64,000 nt of DNA, taken from Sedimentisphaerales bacterium. Lineage in GTDB: Bacteria > Planctomycetota > Phycisphaerae > Sedimentisphaerales > SM23-30. This document shows positions 10,629 to 21,136 of the stretch, in pieces. The notes under the pieces were generated by a model. The model worked only from the letters and a program-made list of their open reading frames with translations. It did not search any database and had not been told where the DNA came from. The translations under genes were made by a program, and so were the position numbers. Numbering within the stretch: position 1 is the stretch's first letter; each line of letters opens with the position of its first letter. Where the stretch lies: positions 1 through 64,000 of the forward strand of contig CAXXMR010000010.1 of assembly GCA_963663805.2 (NCBI GenBank), written 5' to 3'.

Positions 10629-12674
10629 CTACTCGACTATTAATATCTGATGCAATTTCAGGCTGGCTATAGTTACTGTGGAGTATTTACCATCGTTAGT
10701 ATATTCAAGTTTTATGTTGGCGGGCTGCAAGGTAATTGATTTGGGCTTTTCGGGGGTTTTAATACTTACTTGCAGCGGGCCGACGGGGGGAATGTCGTCG
10801 AAAACGTGGATATAGTTGTCGGCATGCGGGCCGGCGGTATTGACCAGATTTACGGCGAGCTTGTTATCGACTTTATTGACGATTACATCGACATAATGCG
10901 AACCTGCGACTTTTACGAGAGGTTCGGGCAGGAGCTTGTCGACTATGCTTTTGAGGAAGTCTCGGGAGTTGCTGTTTGCCGCTAGAGCGTAATTTCTGCC
11001 GAAATCTATATAGATACCGGCAATTTGACCTTTGCCCAGCTTGTTGACAGTTGCGGCGGGGGTGTCTTTCTGGTTCTTATGGGGGTCAAGGGACATATGG
11101 CCGGTGAGAGTTAGTGACCTTATGGTGCCGATGGCGGTTTGTCGGTCGCCGGGCTGGACACTTATGAAATCATTTTTGAGATAGCAGGCGTAACTATCAT
11201 TGAAGCCCAGCCAACGGTCGCTATTTTGGGTGTCTGAGGTAAATGTGACACCCAGTTCATTCTCAAAAAGTTTTGTGCTTTGAGGGCCCATAGCGAGTAA
11301 GCTGCCGCCGTCTTGGGCGAAAGCGATTAGCCGGTTTTTGAATTCTTTTTCCAATGACGGCCATTCGGGGATTATGATAAGGTCGAGCTGGGTGAGGTTT
11401 TCGATGATTTGATGTTCCATCATGAGGTCGAAGGCAACCTGAGCTTCGCTAAGTGCCTGAATGATGCCTCTAATAGGTGCCATGCCTCCGGTTTCTTTAT
11501 CGCCCCAGGGGCCGAATACCCTTTTATATTTGGTCCCCATGCGATAAACTCCGTCGGTCGAAAACAGCACGGCAGTTTGGAGTACCGGTTGGGAGTTTTG
11601 GCAATATGTTTGTCTTTCGCGACAGAATTTAGCGACATCTACCAGTTTGTTAATTTGCCATGGGCGAACGGAGCCATCCGGCACCTGGCTGAAATAAACC
11701 TGATAACCGCCGCCTTGAGCGATTACCGAAGCGGCTTCCTGCTGAAGCTGTATGGGGGTTTTAGTGTTCAGGATGGAACCCTTTTTATTGAAAAATCCCC
11801 AGGACATCAAGTCCCATTTTTTGTGATGGTGCCTGAGACAGCGGGCTTCGAGTCGGGCGGAATTGACACTGTTATAAGGGGGCAGGTCGCCGGAGAGCCA
11901 GTCCACGTCGAGAGTGCATTTTTCGGGCATGAACGAGCTGTAGGCCCAGTTGCTGGCGATTTCAAAATCAGGGTCAAAATCTTTCATTTCTTTGAGATAG
12001 CCGGCGAGGAATTCGCGGTATTTCTGCCGAAGCATTTGCAAATATTCAAAATAGAGTTCGTCTTTGGGGTCGGTGGGGATTTTTACATCGCCGTATTTAC
12101 TTTTGAAGAGTTCCTGAGCGGCGGGGCAGTAATCGACCTGAACACCCCAGCATTCACCGTCAATCCAGACCGCGTCGAGGTCGTAATCCCGGCGTAGTTC
12201 TTTTAACTGAGGAATGATTAATTCCTGAGCAATGGGACTGAACATGGAATTGTATTTTTTGTCCGGGGTGCCCTTGTAGTTGATAAAAGCCCATTGGGGA
12301 TTATCCTCGATAGCGGCGATGTCGTACAAACTGGAATAGTGGGCAGTCAGGGGAATATTGTTGGCGTGAGTTACCTTTCGCCAGATTTTGAGCTGGTCCC
12401 AGACATAGCCGTTAGTGCGTCGGCCTGTGTTTGTCATGAAGCTGGAATAACCGGGATGGCCCTTGCCATCGACCTGGATATAGTCCGGGTGGATAGCATC
12501 AATAATATTCTGGACCATCTTTTCGGTGACATTTTCACCAATCCGGTCATTTTCTTTTATGGCGTGAAAGTCCAGATGAAGGCCGAAAAAACCTTCCGAA
12601 CGTTTAGGTGCCGCTAAACTCTGGCTGACACCTACCAGCAAAACCAGCAGGCTTAAAATTACCATTCTTGACAT
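10629..12674 (-). CDS. Secreted GHL6/GH151-like (alpha-L-fucosidase-like) hydrolase with beta-galactosidase trimerisation-like domain
   Basis: GLHLDFH, KGHPGYS, AVWIDGE TIM-barrel motifs; GATase-like LIIIPE...DGGSLL segment. Confidence 0.65.
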   Translation of the reverse strand: MSRMVILSLLVLLVGVSQSLAAPKRSEGFFGLHLDFHAIKENDRIGENVTEKMVQNIIDAIHPDYIQVDGKGHPGYSSFMTNTGRRTNGYVWDQLKIWRKVTHANNIPLTAHYSSLYDIAAIEDNPQWAFINYKGTPDKKYNSMFSPIAQELIIPQLKELRRDYDLDAVWIDGECWGVQVDYCPAAQELFKSKYGDVKIPTDPKDELYFEYLQMLRQKYREFLAGYLKEMKDFDPDFEIASNWAYSSFMPEKCTLDVDWLSGDLPPYNSVNSARLEARCLRHHHKKWDLMSWGFFNKKGSILNTKTPIQLQQEAASVIAQGGGYQVYFSQVPDGSVRPWQINKLVDVAKFCRERQTYCQNSQPVLQTAVLFSTDGVYRMGTKYKRVFGPWGDKETGGMAPIRGIIQALSEAQVAFDLMMEHQIIENLTQLDLIIIPEWPSLEKEFKNRLIAFAQDGGSLLAMGPQSTKLFENELGVTFTSDTQNSDRWLGFNDSYACYLKNDFISVQPGDRQTAIGTIRSLTLTGHMSLDPHKNQKDTPAATVNKLGKGQIAGIYIDFGRNYALAANSNSRDFLKSIVDKLLPEPLVKVAGSHYVDVIVNKVDNKLAVNLVNTAGPHADNYIHVFDDIPPVGPLQVSIKTPEKPKSITLQPANIKLEYTNDGKYSTVTIASLKLHQILIVE

Positions 12675-12711
12675 TTCAGGAAACCTCCAGGGATCGGGGC
12701 TGCGTATGATT

Positions 12712-13524
12712 TTATAGTTTCAGTTCGTCGCGCAGTACTCCGGGGACATCCGTGGTGATGCCATCGACTCCGAATTCAATCATTTTCTGAGCGTCTTCAA
12801 TTTCGTTAACCGTCCAGACATAGACTTCCAGACCGGCGGCCTGGGCTTTCTGAACGAATTCTTTGGTAAGGGGTTTGTAGAACAGGTCAAGGCCGGTGAG
12901 ATTATTGGCGAGAGCTTCTTCGATGACGGAATCATCGTAAAGGGGATATTCGCTGGTTTCCTTGTCTTTCTTAGTTGCTTTGACCCAATAAGTGGGCAGA
13001 TAGGGCAATATTTTGCGGGTTTCTACCATGGCTTCGATATTGCCGGAAATGAGTACCATCTGGTCCTGCTTGCCGCTTTGAGTAATTGCTTCGGCGAGAT
13101 AGGGGGCGATTTCCTTGCCGCATTTGATTTCGATAAAGAGTTTTTTGCCGGAGGGAATGACTTCGATGATTTCTTCGATGAAGGGGATTTTTTCGCCGGT
13201 GTACGCTTCTGACTTGAAACTGCCGACTTCAAGTTCGCGCAGCTTTTGCGAATCAGTTTCAACGATTTTTAGGTCAATATTTCCGCCAGCGGTGCGTTTG
13301 GTGGTTTTGTCGTGGATGACCATGATGCGGTTATCTTGGGAGAGATAAACGTCAATTTCCGAAATGTCGGCTTTTTTAACGAAGGCGAGCTTGGTTGATG
13401 CCACGGTATTTTCCGGGGCGATTTTCGAGGCGCCTCTATGACCGACGATAATCGTCTTCGGCCCGCTCTGACAACCTAATGAAAATAATCCTGCAAACAT
13501 CATAATTACCGCAATCTTAAACAT
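12712..13524 (-). CDS. Glycerophosphodiester phosphodiesterase, probable lipoprotein
   Basis: VGHRGAS..APENT, EIDV, IHD, FIEIK, YVWTVN, GVDGITTD; lipobox LSLGC-like (FSLGC). Confidence 0.92.
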   Translation of the reverse strand: MFKIAVIMMFAGLFSLGCQSGPKTIIVGHRGASKIAPENTVASTKLAFVKKADISEIDVYLSQDNRIMVIHDKTTKRTAGGNIDLKIVETDSQKLRELEVGSFKSEAYTGEKIPFIEEIIEVIPSGKKLFIEIKCGKEIAPYLAEAITQSGKQDQMVLISGNIEAMVETRKILPYLPTYWVKATKKDKETSEYPLYDDSVIEEALANNLTGLDLFYKPLTKEFVQKAQAAGLEVYVWTVNEIEDAQKMIEFGVDGITTDVPGVLRDELKL

Positions 13525-13572
13525 AGTAAATCCTTTTTGTAAAAACAAGCTAACAAGTAATAAACGTAATTC

Positions 13573-15420
13573 TTACCAGAAAATAACGTAGAGCGCTATA
13601 GTTATAGCTACAACAACAATGCCGGCGATTTTGGCTCCGGGTGAGCCTTTGAGGTCCAGTTCGGTATTGCGGGGCAATTCTTTGGGATTGTGAAGGGGTT
13701 TGATAATGGTCAGTATCGCCATGATAATCAGTACGCCGGCGAAACTGAGGGCCATGCGGTCGAGGAAGGCCATTTGGGGAAAAACCTGGGCCAGCACATA
13801 GTAGACCAGAGGATTGATGAGCAATCCGACGGCACCTGCAAAACCGGGGACTTTTTTGACAATCAAACCAAAAACAAATACGGCCAATAGTCCCGGCGAG
13901 ATGTAACCCTGGAATTCCTGGATATAGGTAAAAATGCCGCCGAATTTGGGGTCACCCAGCAGCGGTGAAATAATACAGCCTATAATGACGAAAATAGCTA
14001 CACAAATCCTGCCGACGGTAACCAGGGATTTCTGGGAGGCGTCTTTGTTGATATAGTTTCGATAGATGTCCATGGTAAAAATCGTGGAGGCGGAATTGAG
14101 CATCGAGGCCAGCGAACTTACGACCGCTCCGAGAATAGCGGCGAGCATAAAACCACGCAGGCCTATACCGCCGGGAATGAGCTTGCTGATGAGCAGTCCG
14201 AAAGCGGAATCGTATTTATAGCCGGTGAGGTTTCGGGATACGGTTTTTCCAGCTCTTTCGGTAATGGTGGCATTATATTGGGTGATTTCCTGGGCCAAAT
14301 CCGGGTTTTTGCAGGACCAGCCATTGTCAAATTCAAAGATAACATTCGATTCGGGGTTGTTTTTTATCTGTTCATACTCGTCAATGATTGTCTGGTTGGC
14401 CGCGACGATCTGGGTGTCGTTTATGGCTTCGTCGGCCATATCTCCACTAAACAGGTTGAAGGCGATAATGCCGGGGATGACAATGATAAAAGGTATGATG
14501 AGTTTCAGGGCGGCGGCGAAAACGATGCCTTTTTGGCCTTGTCCGAGGCTGCTGGCACCGAGGGTCCGCTGCATGATGTACTGGTTCAGGCCCCAATAGT
14601 AGAAGTTGGGAATCCAAAGGCCGACGACAAGGGCCGTCCAGGGGATGGTGATGTCGGTTTTTGGCAGGACCATGTGTAGTTTATCTTTGTTCAGGGCCAT
14701 GAATTTGGCAATACCGCCGGAAGCGTCGGTTATTTCACCGGAAATGGCTCCACCGGCCGTCAAAGTGTCTATGGAGGCTGCTCCGAGCTTATTCAGGGCT
14801 ATCAGCACCACAATGGTACCACCAGCGATAAGGGCTGAACCCTGCAAGAGGTCGGCCCAGGCACAAGCCTTTAGGCCACCAAACGCCACGTAGGCAGCGG
14901 CGATGATGCCGATTATCCATGAGGCGGTGGTAATATTGATGGCCAGACCGCCGGGCAGGACTACGTCCTTGAAGAGGGTGTCAGCGACTACGGCACCGGA
15001 ATAGATAACTGCGGCGATGGTGACGAAAACGTAAATAATCATGGTCAGACAGGCCATGATAACGCGGGAAGTCTCATTATAGCGGTATTCGAGGAATTCC
15101 GGGATGGTGTAGATACCCGATTTGAGGAACTTGGGCAGGAACACAAAAGCGACCACGACCAGGGTAATGGCGGCCATCCATTCGTAGCTGGCGATGGCCA
15201 GACCGAGATAGCCGGCGGCCTGGCCGCTCATGCCGACAAACTGCTCGGTGGAAATGTTGGCGGCGATAAGCGAAAAACCTATCAGCCACCAGGAAAGCCC
15301 GCGACCGGCGAGAAAATAATCTTCACTGGTAGCCTCCTTGCGGCTCTTTATCATACCCACGGCGATAACCGCGATAACAAAACCCACAAAGACCAGAATG
15401 TCGATAGTTGATAGAAACAT
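13573..15420 (-). CDS. Sodium:solute symporter (SSS/SLC5, sugar type)
   Basis: DYFLAGR, AANISTEQFVG, YTIPEFLEYRY, NQYIMQR, SSLASMLNS. Confidence 0.93.
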   Translation of the reverse strand: MFLSTIDILVFVGFVIAVIAVGMIKSRKEATSEDYFLAGRGLSWWLIGFSLIAANISTEQFVGMSGQAAGYLGLAIASYEWMAAITLVVVAFVFLPKFLKSGIYTIPEFLEYRYNETSRVIMACLTMIIYVFVTIAAVIYSGAVVADTLFKDVVLPGGLAINITTASWIIGIIAAAYVAFGGLKACAWADLLQGSALIAGGTIVVLIALNKLGAASIDTLTAGGAISGEITDASGGIAKFMALNKDKLHMVLPKTDITIPWTALVVGLWIPNFYYWGLNQYIMQRTLGASSLGQGQKGIVFAAALKLIIPFIIVIPGIIAFNLFSGDMADEAINDTQIVAANQTIIDEYEQIKNNPESNVIFEFDNGWSCKNPDLAQEITQYNATITERAGKTVSRNLTGYKYDSAFGLLISKLIPGGIGLRGFMLAAILGAVVSSLASMLNSASTIFTMDIYRNYINKDASQKSLVTVGRICVAIFVIIGCIISPLLGDPKFGGIFTYIQEFQGYISPGLLAVFVFGLIVKKVPGFAGAVGLLINPLVYYVLAQVFPQMAFLDRMALSFAGVLIIMAILTIIKPLHNPKELPRNTELDLKGSPGAKIAGIVVVAITIALYVIFW

Positions 15421-15721
15421 GAATTCTCCTTGCTAATGCCAAAAACCCGAAAAATTTAACATTTATATAAGAGTACGACACTTTTCAAACAGTTTCATTT
15501 AACCGGGTTGTGTGTACAAATCCATAAAATAACTTTAGGGACTCTAATAAAAGGTTTTGCATTAAAATGGCTTATTTTGCTTCTTACCCCATTTGGGGCC
15601 CCAAAAACGCTCGGTTTCGATGTTGCAAATCCTTTGTTAGGGCCTGTCAGTTTTCTCAGGTTGGCAGCTAGACCTTCCCACCAATACTTCGCTCGGATAT
15701 GCAAAAATATGCTAAAACATG

Positions 15722-16090
15722 TTATGCGGTAGTTTTAGCCATGCTGCGAGATGCTATCAGGTCTGTATCAGTTCCTAAGACATTGGGGACAATTACCTGG
15801 CCGCATGTGACCGGGGCGGTAACGGTAATTTCTGAAACGATTTTCATGAGGTCTTTGACTTTTTCTTTGGGGATGCTTTCCCTTGTCCTTATCGGCAGCA
15901 GAGGGACAGCTGCGTTTTCGATGATTACGGTTGAAGTTACCAGACGCCGGGGATCCTCTAGTTCGGTAATGGCGTAGTTGCGGCCTCTGCTGCACTGGCT
16001 GCCCTGAACCTGGTATTCTCCGTCATTCATAGTCACCGTTAATTTGCAGCCCACGGGACAGGCGATACATGTGATATGGTGTTCTTTCAT
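15722..16090 (-). CDS. DUF1667-type small Cys-containing protein
   Basis: CIACPVGC...CSRG..YA, PRRLVTSTV; typical third gene of the GlpA-like oxidoreductase trio. Confidence 0.85.
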   Translation of the reverse strand: MKEHHITCIACPVGCKLTVTMNDGEYQVQGSQCSRGRNYAITELEDPRRLVTSTVIIENAAVPLLPIRTRESIPKEKVKDLMKIVSEITVTAPVTCGQVIVPNVLGTDTDLIASRSMAKTTA

Positions 16091-16096
16091 ATTCTA

Positions 16097-17362
16097 CTAA
16101 CCCTGCAATGAAATCGATAGTTTGCTGTGTTCGGTATCGAGCAGCATGTTCTTTTTTACTTTGATACGGGTCATTTCGCCGGGGGTAAGATGATTCTTTT
16201 TTCTTCTTTGGATTTCGGCGCCGTCCAGGTCAACTACAAAAGATGCTGACGGATAGACATTATCCACTCGCATGAAAAATTCGAGGTCTTCGGTTCCGTC
16301 ATAGCTAATCTGCTGAGGTACGAGATATCTGATACCGCGTCCGGCGGTGGCGATTATCCTGCGTGTACTGACGACAGATTTTCTCTGCACATAGCGAGCG
16401 GCCCCTTTGCCGGCCTTGCGGGCTTCTTCGGTCACATAATCTACTAAATCGTGGACATGCACCACATTGCCGCAGGCAAAAACGCCTGAAATACTGGTTT
16501 CCATGCTTTCGCTGACCATCGGGCCGCAGGTGACCCGGTCGAGTTCTATACCGCACTGGGAGCTGAGCTCATTTTCCGGTATCAGGCCTACGGAAAGCAA
16601 CATGGAATCACATTTGATATGTTTTTCGGTGCCGGGGACAACCTGGCGATTCTCATCAACGGCGGCAATGGTAACGCCTTGAATGCGGTCCTTGCCCTTG
16701 ATGTCAACCACCGTATGGCTGAGTAGGAGCGGTATATCGAAATCGTTGAGGCACTGGACAACGTTGCGGGTCAGGCCGCAGGAATAGGGCATGATTTCGA
16801 CCACGGCGGGCACCTGGCCGCCTTCCAGGGTGATGCGACGAGCCATAATCAGGCCGATGTCGCCGGAACCGAGAATAAGAGTTTTTTTGCCTACCATATA
16901 GTTTTCGATATTGACGAATCGCTGGGCGGCGCCGGCGGTGAATATTCCGGCCGGTCGGGTGCCGGGTATATTGATGGCCCCGCGGGTGCGTTCCCGACAA
17001 CCCATCGCTAGAACGATGGTTTGAGCCTGGATGTCCAGATAGCCGTGTTCGGGATTCAGAACTTTCAGGTGTTTGTCAGGCGTTATATTGAGTACCATGC
17101 TGTTGAGCATACATTCGATGTTGAGGCCCAGGCATTCCTTGATGAACCTTTCGGCGTATTCCGGGCCGGTGAGTTCTTCCTTAAATATGTGCAGGCCGAA
17201 CCCATTATGCACACACTGCTGCAAGATACCGCCCAGTTCACGGTCACGCTCGATAATCAGAACCTTATCGATGCCGTTTTGAGCGGCTTCAATCGCCGCG
17301 GCTAAACCGGCAGGGCCGCCGCCGATTACTACAACCTGATATGAAGCAGTCTGTGCGTTCAT
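16097..17362 (-). CDS. FAD/NAD(P)-dependent oxidoreductase
   Basis: GGGPAG, GGILQQCVHNGFG, GCRER, GSGDIG, CGNVVHVHDLVD. Confidence 0.9.
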   Translation of the reverse strand: MNAQTASYQVVVIGGGPAGLAAAIEAAQNGIDKVLIIERDRELGGILQQCVHNGFGLHIFKEELTGPEYAERFIKECLGLNIECMLNSMVLNITPDKHLKVLNPEHGYLDIQAQTIVLAMGCRERTRGAINIPGTRPAGIFTAGAAQRFVNIENYMVGKKTLILGSGDIGLIMARRITLEGGQVPAVVEIMPYSCGLTRNVVQCLNDFDIPLLLSHTVVDIKGKDRIQGVTIAAVDENRQVVPGTEKHIKCDSMLLSVGLIPENELSSQCGIELDRVTCGPMVSESMETSISGVFACGNVVHVHDLVDYVTEEARKAGKGAARYVQRKSVVSTRRIIATAGRGIRYLVPQQISYDGTEDLEFFMRVDNVYPSASFVVDLDGAEIQRRKKNHLTPGEMTRIKVKKNMLLDTEHSKLSISLQG

Positions 17363-18810
17363 AATGCACCTCTTTTCCTTTTGGGCATTACAATAAATGA
17401 TTCGGGGTTATTTTTACGTATTTCGGAATAGTCCAGATTAAGTTCGCGGGCGAGAATTTCCATTACTCGTGCCGCACAGAACCCTCCCTGGCAACGTCCC
17501 ATACCGGCCCGGACGCGTTTTTTGATGCCGTCGAGAGTGCGACCGCCGATATTGCGGTGGATAGCATCGACAATTTCACCTTCGGTGATAGTTTCGCAGC
17601 GACAGACGATTTTGCCGTAGAGCGGATTCTTTTTTACCACTTCGAATCGTTCCGGGTCACTCAGTTCGGCAAACTTAACGAAAGGTTTGCGAACCGGATT
17701 GAAGGATTTATTGGCCGACATGGGTAAATTCATATTTTGGAGCATATTGACAACATACTCAGCAATCGCCGGTGATGAGGTTAGGCCCGGCGATTCGATC
17801 CCCGCGACATTGATGAAATTTTTCATATCGGGCAGGGATTCGATGATGAAATCACCCCTGTCGTCGGTCGCCCGCAGACCGGAAAAATTAGCGATGGCCA
17901 TATTGAACGGGATTTTCTCAACACTTTTGCCGGCGATTTTACATATTGATTCCAATCCGGAGACGGTAGTGGAAATATCGTTCTTGTCGTTGATGTTCTC
18001 GGAGTTCGGGCCGACAAGCAGATTGCCGTGAACTGTGGGGGTCACCAGTACGCCCTTGCCGTGTTGAGAAGGGCACTGGAATATGGAATGACTAACCAGA
18101 TTACCGATGGACTTATCAAAAATGATGTATTCACCTTTACGCGGGGTAATTTTGAAATAAGGCGTGGTGACCATGCCGCATATCGCGTCGCTGTGTACGC
18201 CGGCACAGTTGATAACATATTCGGCCTTTAGGGTTTCGTTAGGAGTGGTAATCGAAAAGGTCGAGCCATTGGGTTCGATAGACAAGACCTGGCTGTTCAA
18301 TTTTATTTCCACGTTGTTATCCACGGCGTTTTCTGCCAGGGCGATCGTTAACGCAAACGGGTCAACAATGCCGGCGTTACCGGCCCGAAGGCCAGCTATT
18401 ACCTTACGATTTAAATTTGGTTCCAGTTCGAAAAGTTCATCTTTCTGGACTATTCTCAGGCCATCAACCTTATTTTTTTCTCCGCGAGCGACAAGCTTTT
18501 CGAGCATATCTAATTCGGTTTGGTCTGTGGCTATGGTGATGGAACCGTTTCTTTTGAAAGGTACGTCGAGCTCGCGGCATAGTTCGTCAAAACGCGGGTT
18601 ACCCTGAACATTGAATCGGGCTTTAAGAGTGCCCGGAGAAGCGTCATAGCCGGCATGGACAATACCGCTGTTGGCTTTACTGGTTTCGTTAGCGACATCG
18701 CTGCCTTTCTCCAGCAGTATAATCCGAAGTTGATAGCGAGCCAGCTCACGGGCAATAAAGCATCCCGTTACGCCGCCGCCGATAATAGCTATCTGATAAT
18801 CACTATTCAT
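17359..18810 (-). CDS. FAD-dependent oxidoreductase with BFD-like [2Fe-2S] C-terminus; probable glycerol-3-phosphate dehydrogenase (GlpA/LhgO-like)
   Basis: GGGVTG, TSKANSGIVHAG, SPGLT, CRCE...GMGRCQGGFC; adjacent to glpP and glpT. Confidence 0.8.
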   Translation of the reverse strand: MNSDYQIAIIGGGVTGCFIARELARYQLRIILLEKGSDVANETSKANSGIVHAGYDASPGTLKARFNVQGNPRFDELCRELDVPFKRNGSITIATDQTELDMLEKLVARGEKNKVDGLRIVQKDELFELEPNLNRKVIAGLRAGNAGIVDPFALTIALAENAVDNNVEIKLNSQVLSIEPNGSTFSITTPNETLKAEYVINCAGVHSDAICGMVTTPYFKITPRKGEYIIFDKSIGNLVSHSIFQCPSQHGKGVLVTPTVHGNLLVGPNSENINDKNDISTTVSGLESICKIAGKSVEKIPFNMAIANFSGLRATDDRGDFIIESLPDMKNFINVAGIESPGLTSSPAIAEYVVNMLQNMNLPMSANKSFNPVRKPFVKFAELSDPERFEVVKKNPLYGKIVCRCETITEGEIVDAIHRNIGGRTLDGIKKRVRAGMGRCQGGFCAARVMEILARELNLDYSEIRKNNPESFIVMPKRKRGAL

Positions 18811-18836
18811 ATTCGATATAACCTGCCTATATTAAC

Positions 18837-18906
18837 AAAAAAAACTACGCATAGGAATCAGTCCAGACCAAGGCCTAGATGACACCGCGTAGTTCTCAAA
18901 AATCTC
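18837..18906 (-). promoter_or_regulatory. Putative GlpP-dependent leader (antiterminator target + intrinsic terminator) upstream of the GlpA-like gene
   Basis: Minus strand GAGATTTTTGAGA, then stem AACTACGC...GCGTAGTT and a T run; same layout as 27048-27103. Confidence 0.65.
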
Positions 18907-18959
18907 GTAACTTGGTGTGTTACACGTTATGTCTAACGTGCGTTTAATATATAAATTGC

Positions 18960-19475
18960 TTAAAATTTTACACTATTCCACAACTCCGTATTACTAGTGG
19001 TTATTCCCATTGCTCCGGCTTCCAGAGCGCCGATCACATCCTCTTCGGAAGATATCAGACCGCTGCCGATTACCGGCTGACGGGTCTTTTCGCGTATTTC
19101 CCGAATTACCTTGCCCAGAATTCCGGGCAGTACTTCAATAGCGTTAGGCTTGACATCCAGTGCCGAGCTGATAGCCGATTTGAGGGACATGGAGTCAAAA
19201 ACGAAAAAACGCTGAATGACAAACATGTCCATATTTTTGGCTTTTTTCGCCAGACTGCTTTTAGTCGTAATCACACCGTCAGGCTGTAAAATCTGCTGGG
19301 CATATTCCAGAAAAGTCGTGTTCTTGGAAAAGCCATCGACCAGGTCAAGGTCCATATAGACTTTCTTCCCGGCGTCATGGATAGCATCGATGGTCTCCTT
19401 GACGTTGAAAATACTGCCGGTGAGCAGAAATATCGTGCCGCACTGAGACTTGAGGGCTGCGTCCAACAGCTCCAT
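18960..19475 (-). CDS. glpP: Glycerol-3-phosphate-responsive antiterminator (true start may lie near 19530)
   Basis: DLVDGF, DGVITTK, IQRFFVFDS, EVLPG, GSGLI, GITTS: GlpP motifs. Confidence 0.9.
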   Translation of the reverse strand: MELLDAALKSQCGTIFLLTGSIFNVKETIDAIHDAGKKVYMDLDLVDGFSKNTTFLEYAQQILQPDGVITTKSSLAKKAKNMDMFVIQRFFVFDSMSLKSAISSALDVKPNAIEVLPGILGKVIREIREKTRQPVIGSGLISSEEDVIGALEAGAMGITTSNTELWNSVKF

Positions 19476-19531
19476 CTTGGTCAGTGCCGCGATGACCGCT
19501 TTTCTATCTTTTTTTGATTCGATGTTATCAC

Positions 19532-20884
19532 CTATGCTTTGGGTCTGAGCTTCCAGGTAAAGGAAAGCATGATAATCGCGATTACCGCACAGCCTATAAT
19601 ACTCCAGAGGATAATATTCCAGGCGGTTTGTTCGCCATATTCCTTGCCGAAATAATCCGCCGCCCAGCCGAAACCGGACGCCTGAACAGTACGGCCTATA
19701 TATCCGAACAGACCGATAAAACCGGCCGCAGTGCCTATAGCTTTTTTGGATGTAATGTCCAGGGCCATGATCGTAATGAAATTAATAACCGGATAGATAA
19801 ATAAACCTATCAGGGACAACATTAACATATCGACCCAGAGCATCCCCGCGGGATTGAGAATGATGCAGGCAAAAGCCGCCGTAATCGGTATCATGCTCAG
19901 TACCGACAACATGCCGCGCCGGCCGCCGCATTTATCTGAAAGCCAGCCCAGCAGAATAGTCGAGGGAATACCGCCGAAATTCATTACCAGAATCGCCCAG
20001 CCGCTCTCTTCCAATGACGCACCTTTTACCTCTGTCAGATAAAACGGACCCCAGTCCCACATGCTGTAACGAACGATGTAGGCAAAGAAGTTCGCAATGG
20101 CCAGAATCCAGATCAATTTATTCTTTAAAACATGGTCCAGAAACAGCTCTTTAGTACTTAGTTCCTTTTCGTGGGTGCCATGCTTCTTCTCATCTTCAGT
20201 AAAATCATTTTTGTATTCTTCCACCGAAGGCAGCCCCATGGATTGAGGGGTGTCTTTCAGTCGGAGAAAAAGGTAGATCGCACCGATAATCGCTATGAGG
20301 GCGGGAACATAAAAAGCGTAACGCCAGCCGAGGCCACCCACCGCATAACCGGTCAGTACCCCGGCGATGCCGCCGCCGACATTATGAGAAGTGTTCCAGA
20401 TGCTGAACATTGCCCCTCGTTCCCGAACACTGTACCAGTGCCCCATACAACGTCCGCAGGGAGGCCACCCCATCCCCTGAACAAAACCGTTAAGGCCCCA
20501 GAGCAGCAGGTGTAAAGGATAACTGCTGACACTGCCGAAGATGATATTAAAAATGGCTGTCATCAGCAGCCCGAACGCCATGAACTTCCGGGCATTGCTA
20601 CGGTCCGAGACCGAACCCATGATGAATTTGCCCAGGCCGTAGGTAATGGCCGTCATAGCCATAATGTTGCCGACCATGGTCTTTGTATACTGCAGTGCTT
20701 CAGCCATGCTGGGGGCAGCTACAGAAAGATTGTTACGCACAAGATAGAACGTAGCATATCCCAGAAAAGTCGCTTCCAATACGCTCCAGCGCATCTTTGG
20801 ATACAACTTCTTTACTTTATCCTCAGGCAAACGCTCAATATGAGGTGCCGGGGCAAAGAAACTGCGTATTTTTGAAAAAGCCAT
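19532..20884 (-). CDS. glpT: MFS organophosphate:Pi antiporter (glycerol-3-phosphate transporter)
   Basis: GYATFYLVRNN, YGLGKF, QGMGWPPC, WNTSHNVGG, YIVRY, GTAAGFIGLFGY. Confidence 0.88.
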   Translation of the reverse strand: MAFSKIRSFFAPAPHIERLPEDKVKKLYPKMRWSVLEATFLGYATFYLVRNNLSVAAPSMAEALQYTKTMVGNIMAMTAITYGLGKFIMGSVSDRSNARKFMAFGLLMTAIFNIIFGSVSSYPLHLLLWGLNGFVQGMGWPPCGRCMGHWYSVRERGAMFSIWNTSHNVGGGIAGVLTGYAVGGLGWRYAFYVPALIAIIGAIYLFLRLKDTPQSMGLPSVEEYKNDFTEDEKKHGTHEKELSTKELFLDHVLKNKLIWILAIANFFAYIVRYSMWDWGPFYLTEVKGASLEESGWAILVMNFGGIPSTILLGWLSDKCGGRRGMLSVLSMIPITAAFACIILNPAGMLWVDMLMLSLIGLFIYPVINFITIMALDITSKKAIGTAAGFIGLFGYIGRTVQASGFGWAADYFGKEYGEQTAWNIILWSIIGCAVIAIIMLSFTWKLRPKA

Positions 20885-21136
20885 AAATATCCTTCTCTAT
20901 GGTCAGCCCAGGGCTGCGTGACGAAAAAACAAAGGCAAAGCCGCTTCCCCTCAAACCACCTTGCCTCCAAATCACTGCAATGGTACAACAACTCGTGTAA
21001 AACTAAAAGAACAAATCAATATTTTACTGTATGGTTTCTTGCCCTTCTTTCAAAATCTCAATCTGTATTTCCTGAAGTATCAGGGGCGCCCGCGTTGCCA
21101 CGGACGCCCCCGTTTAACTTCAATCAAACATCACGG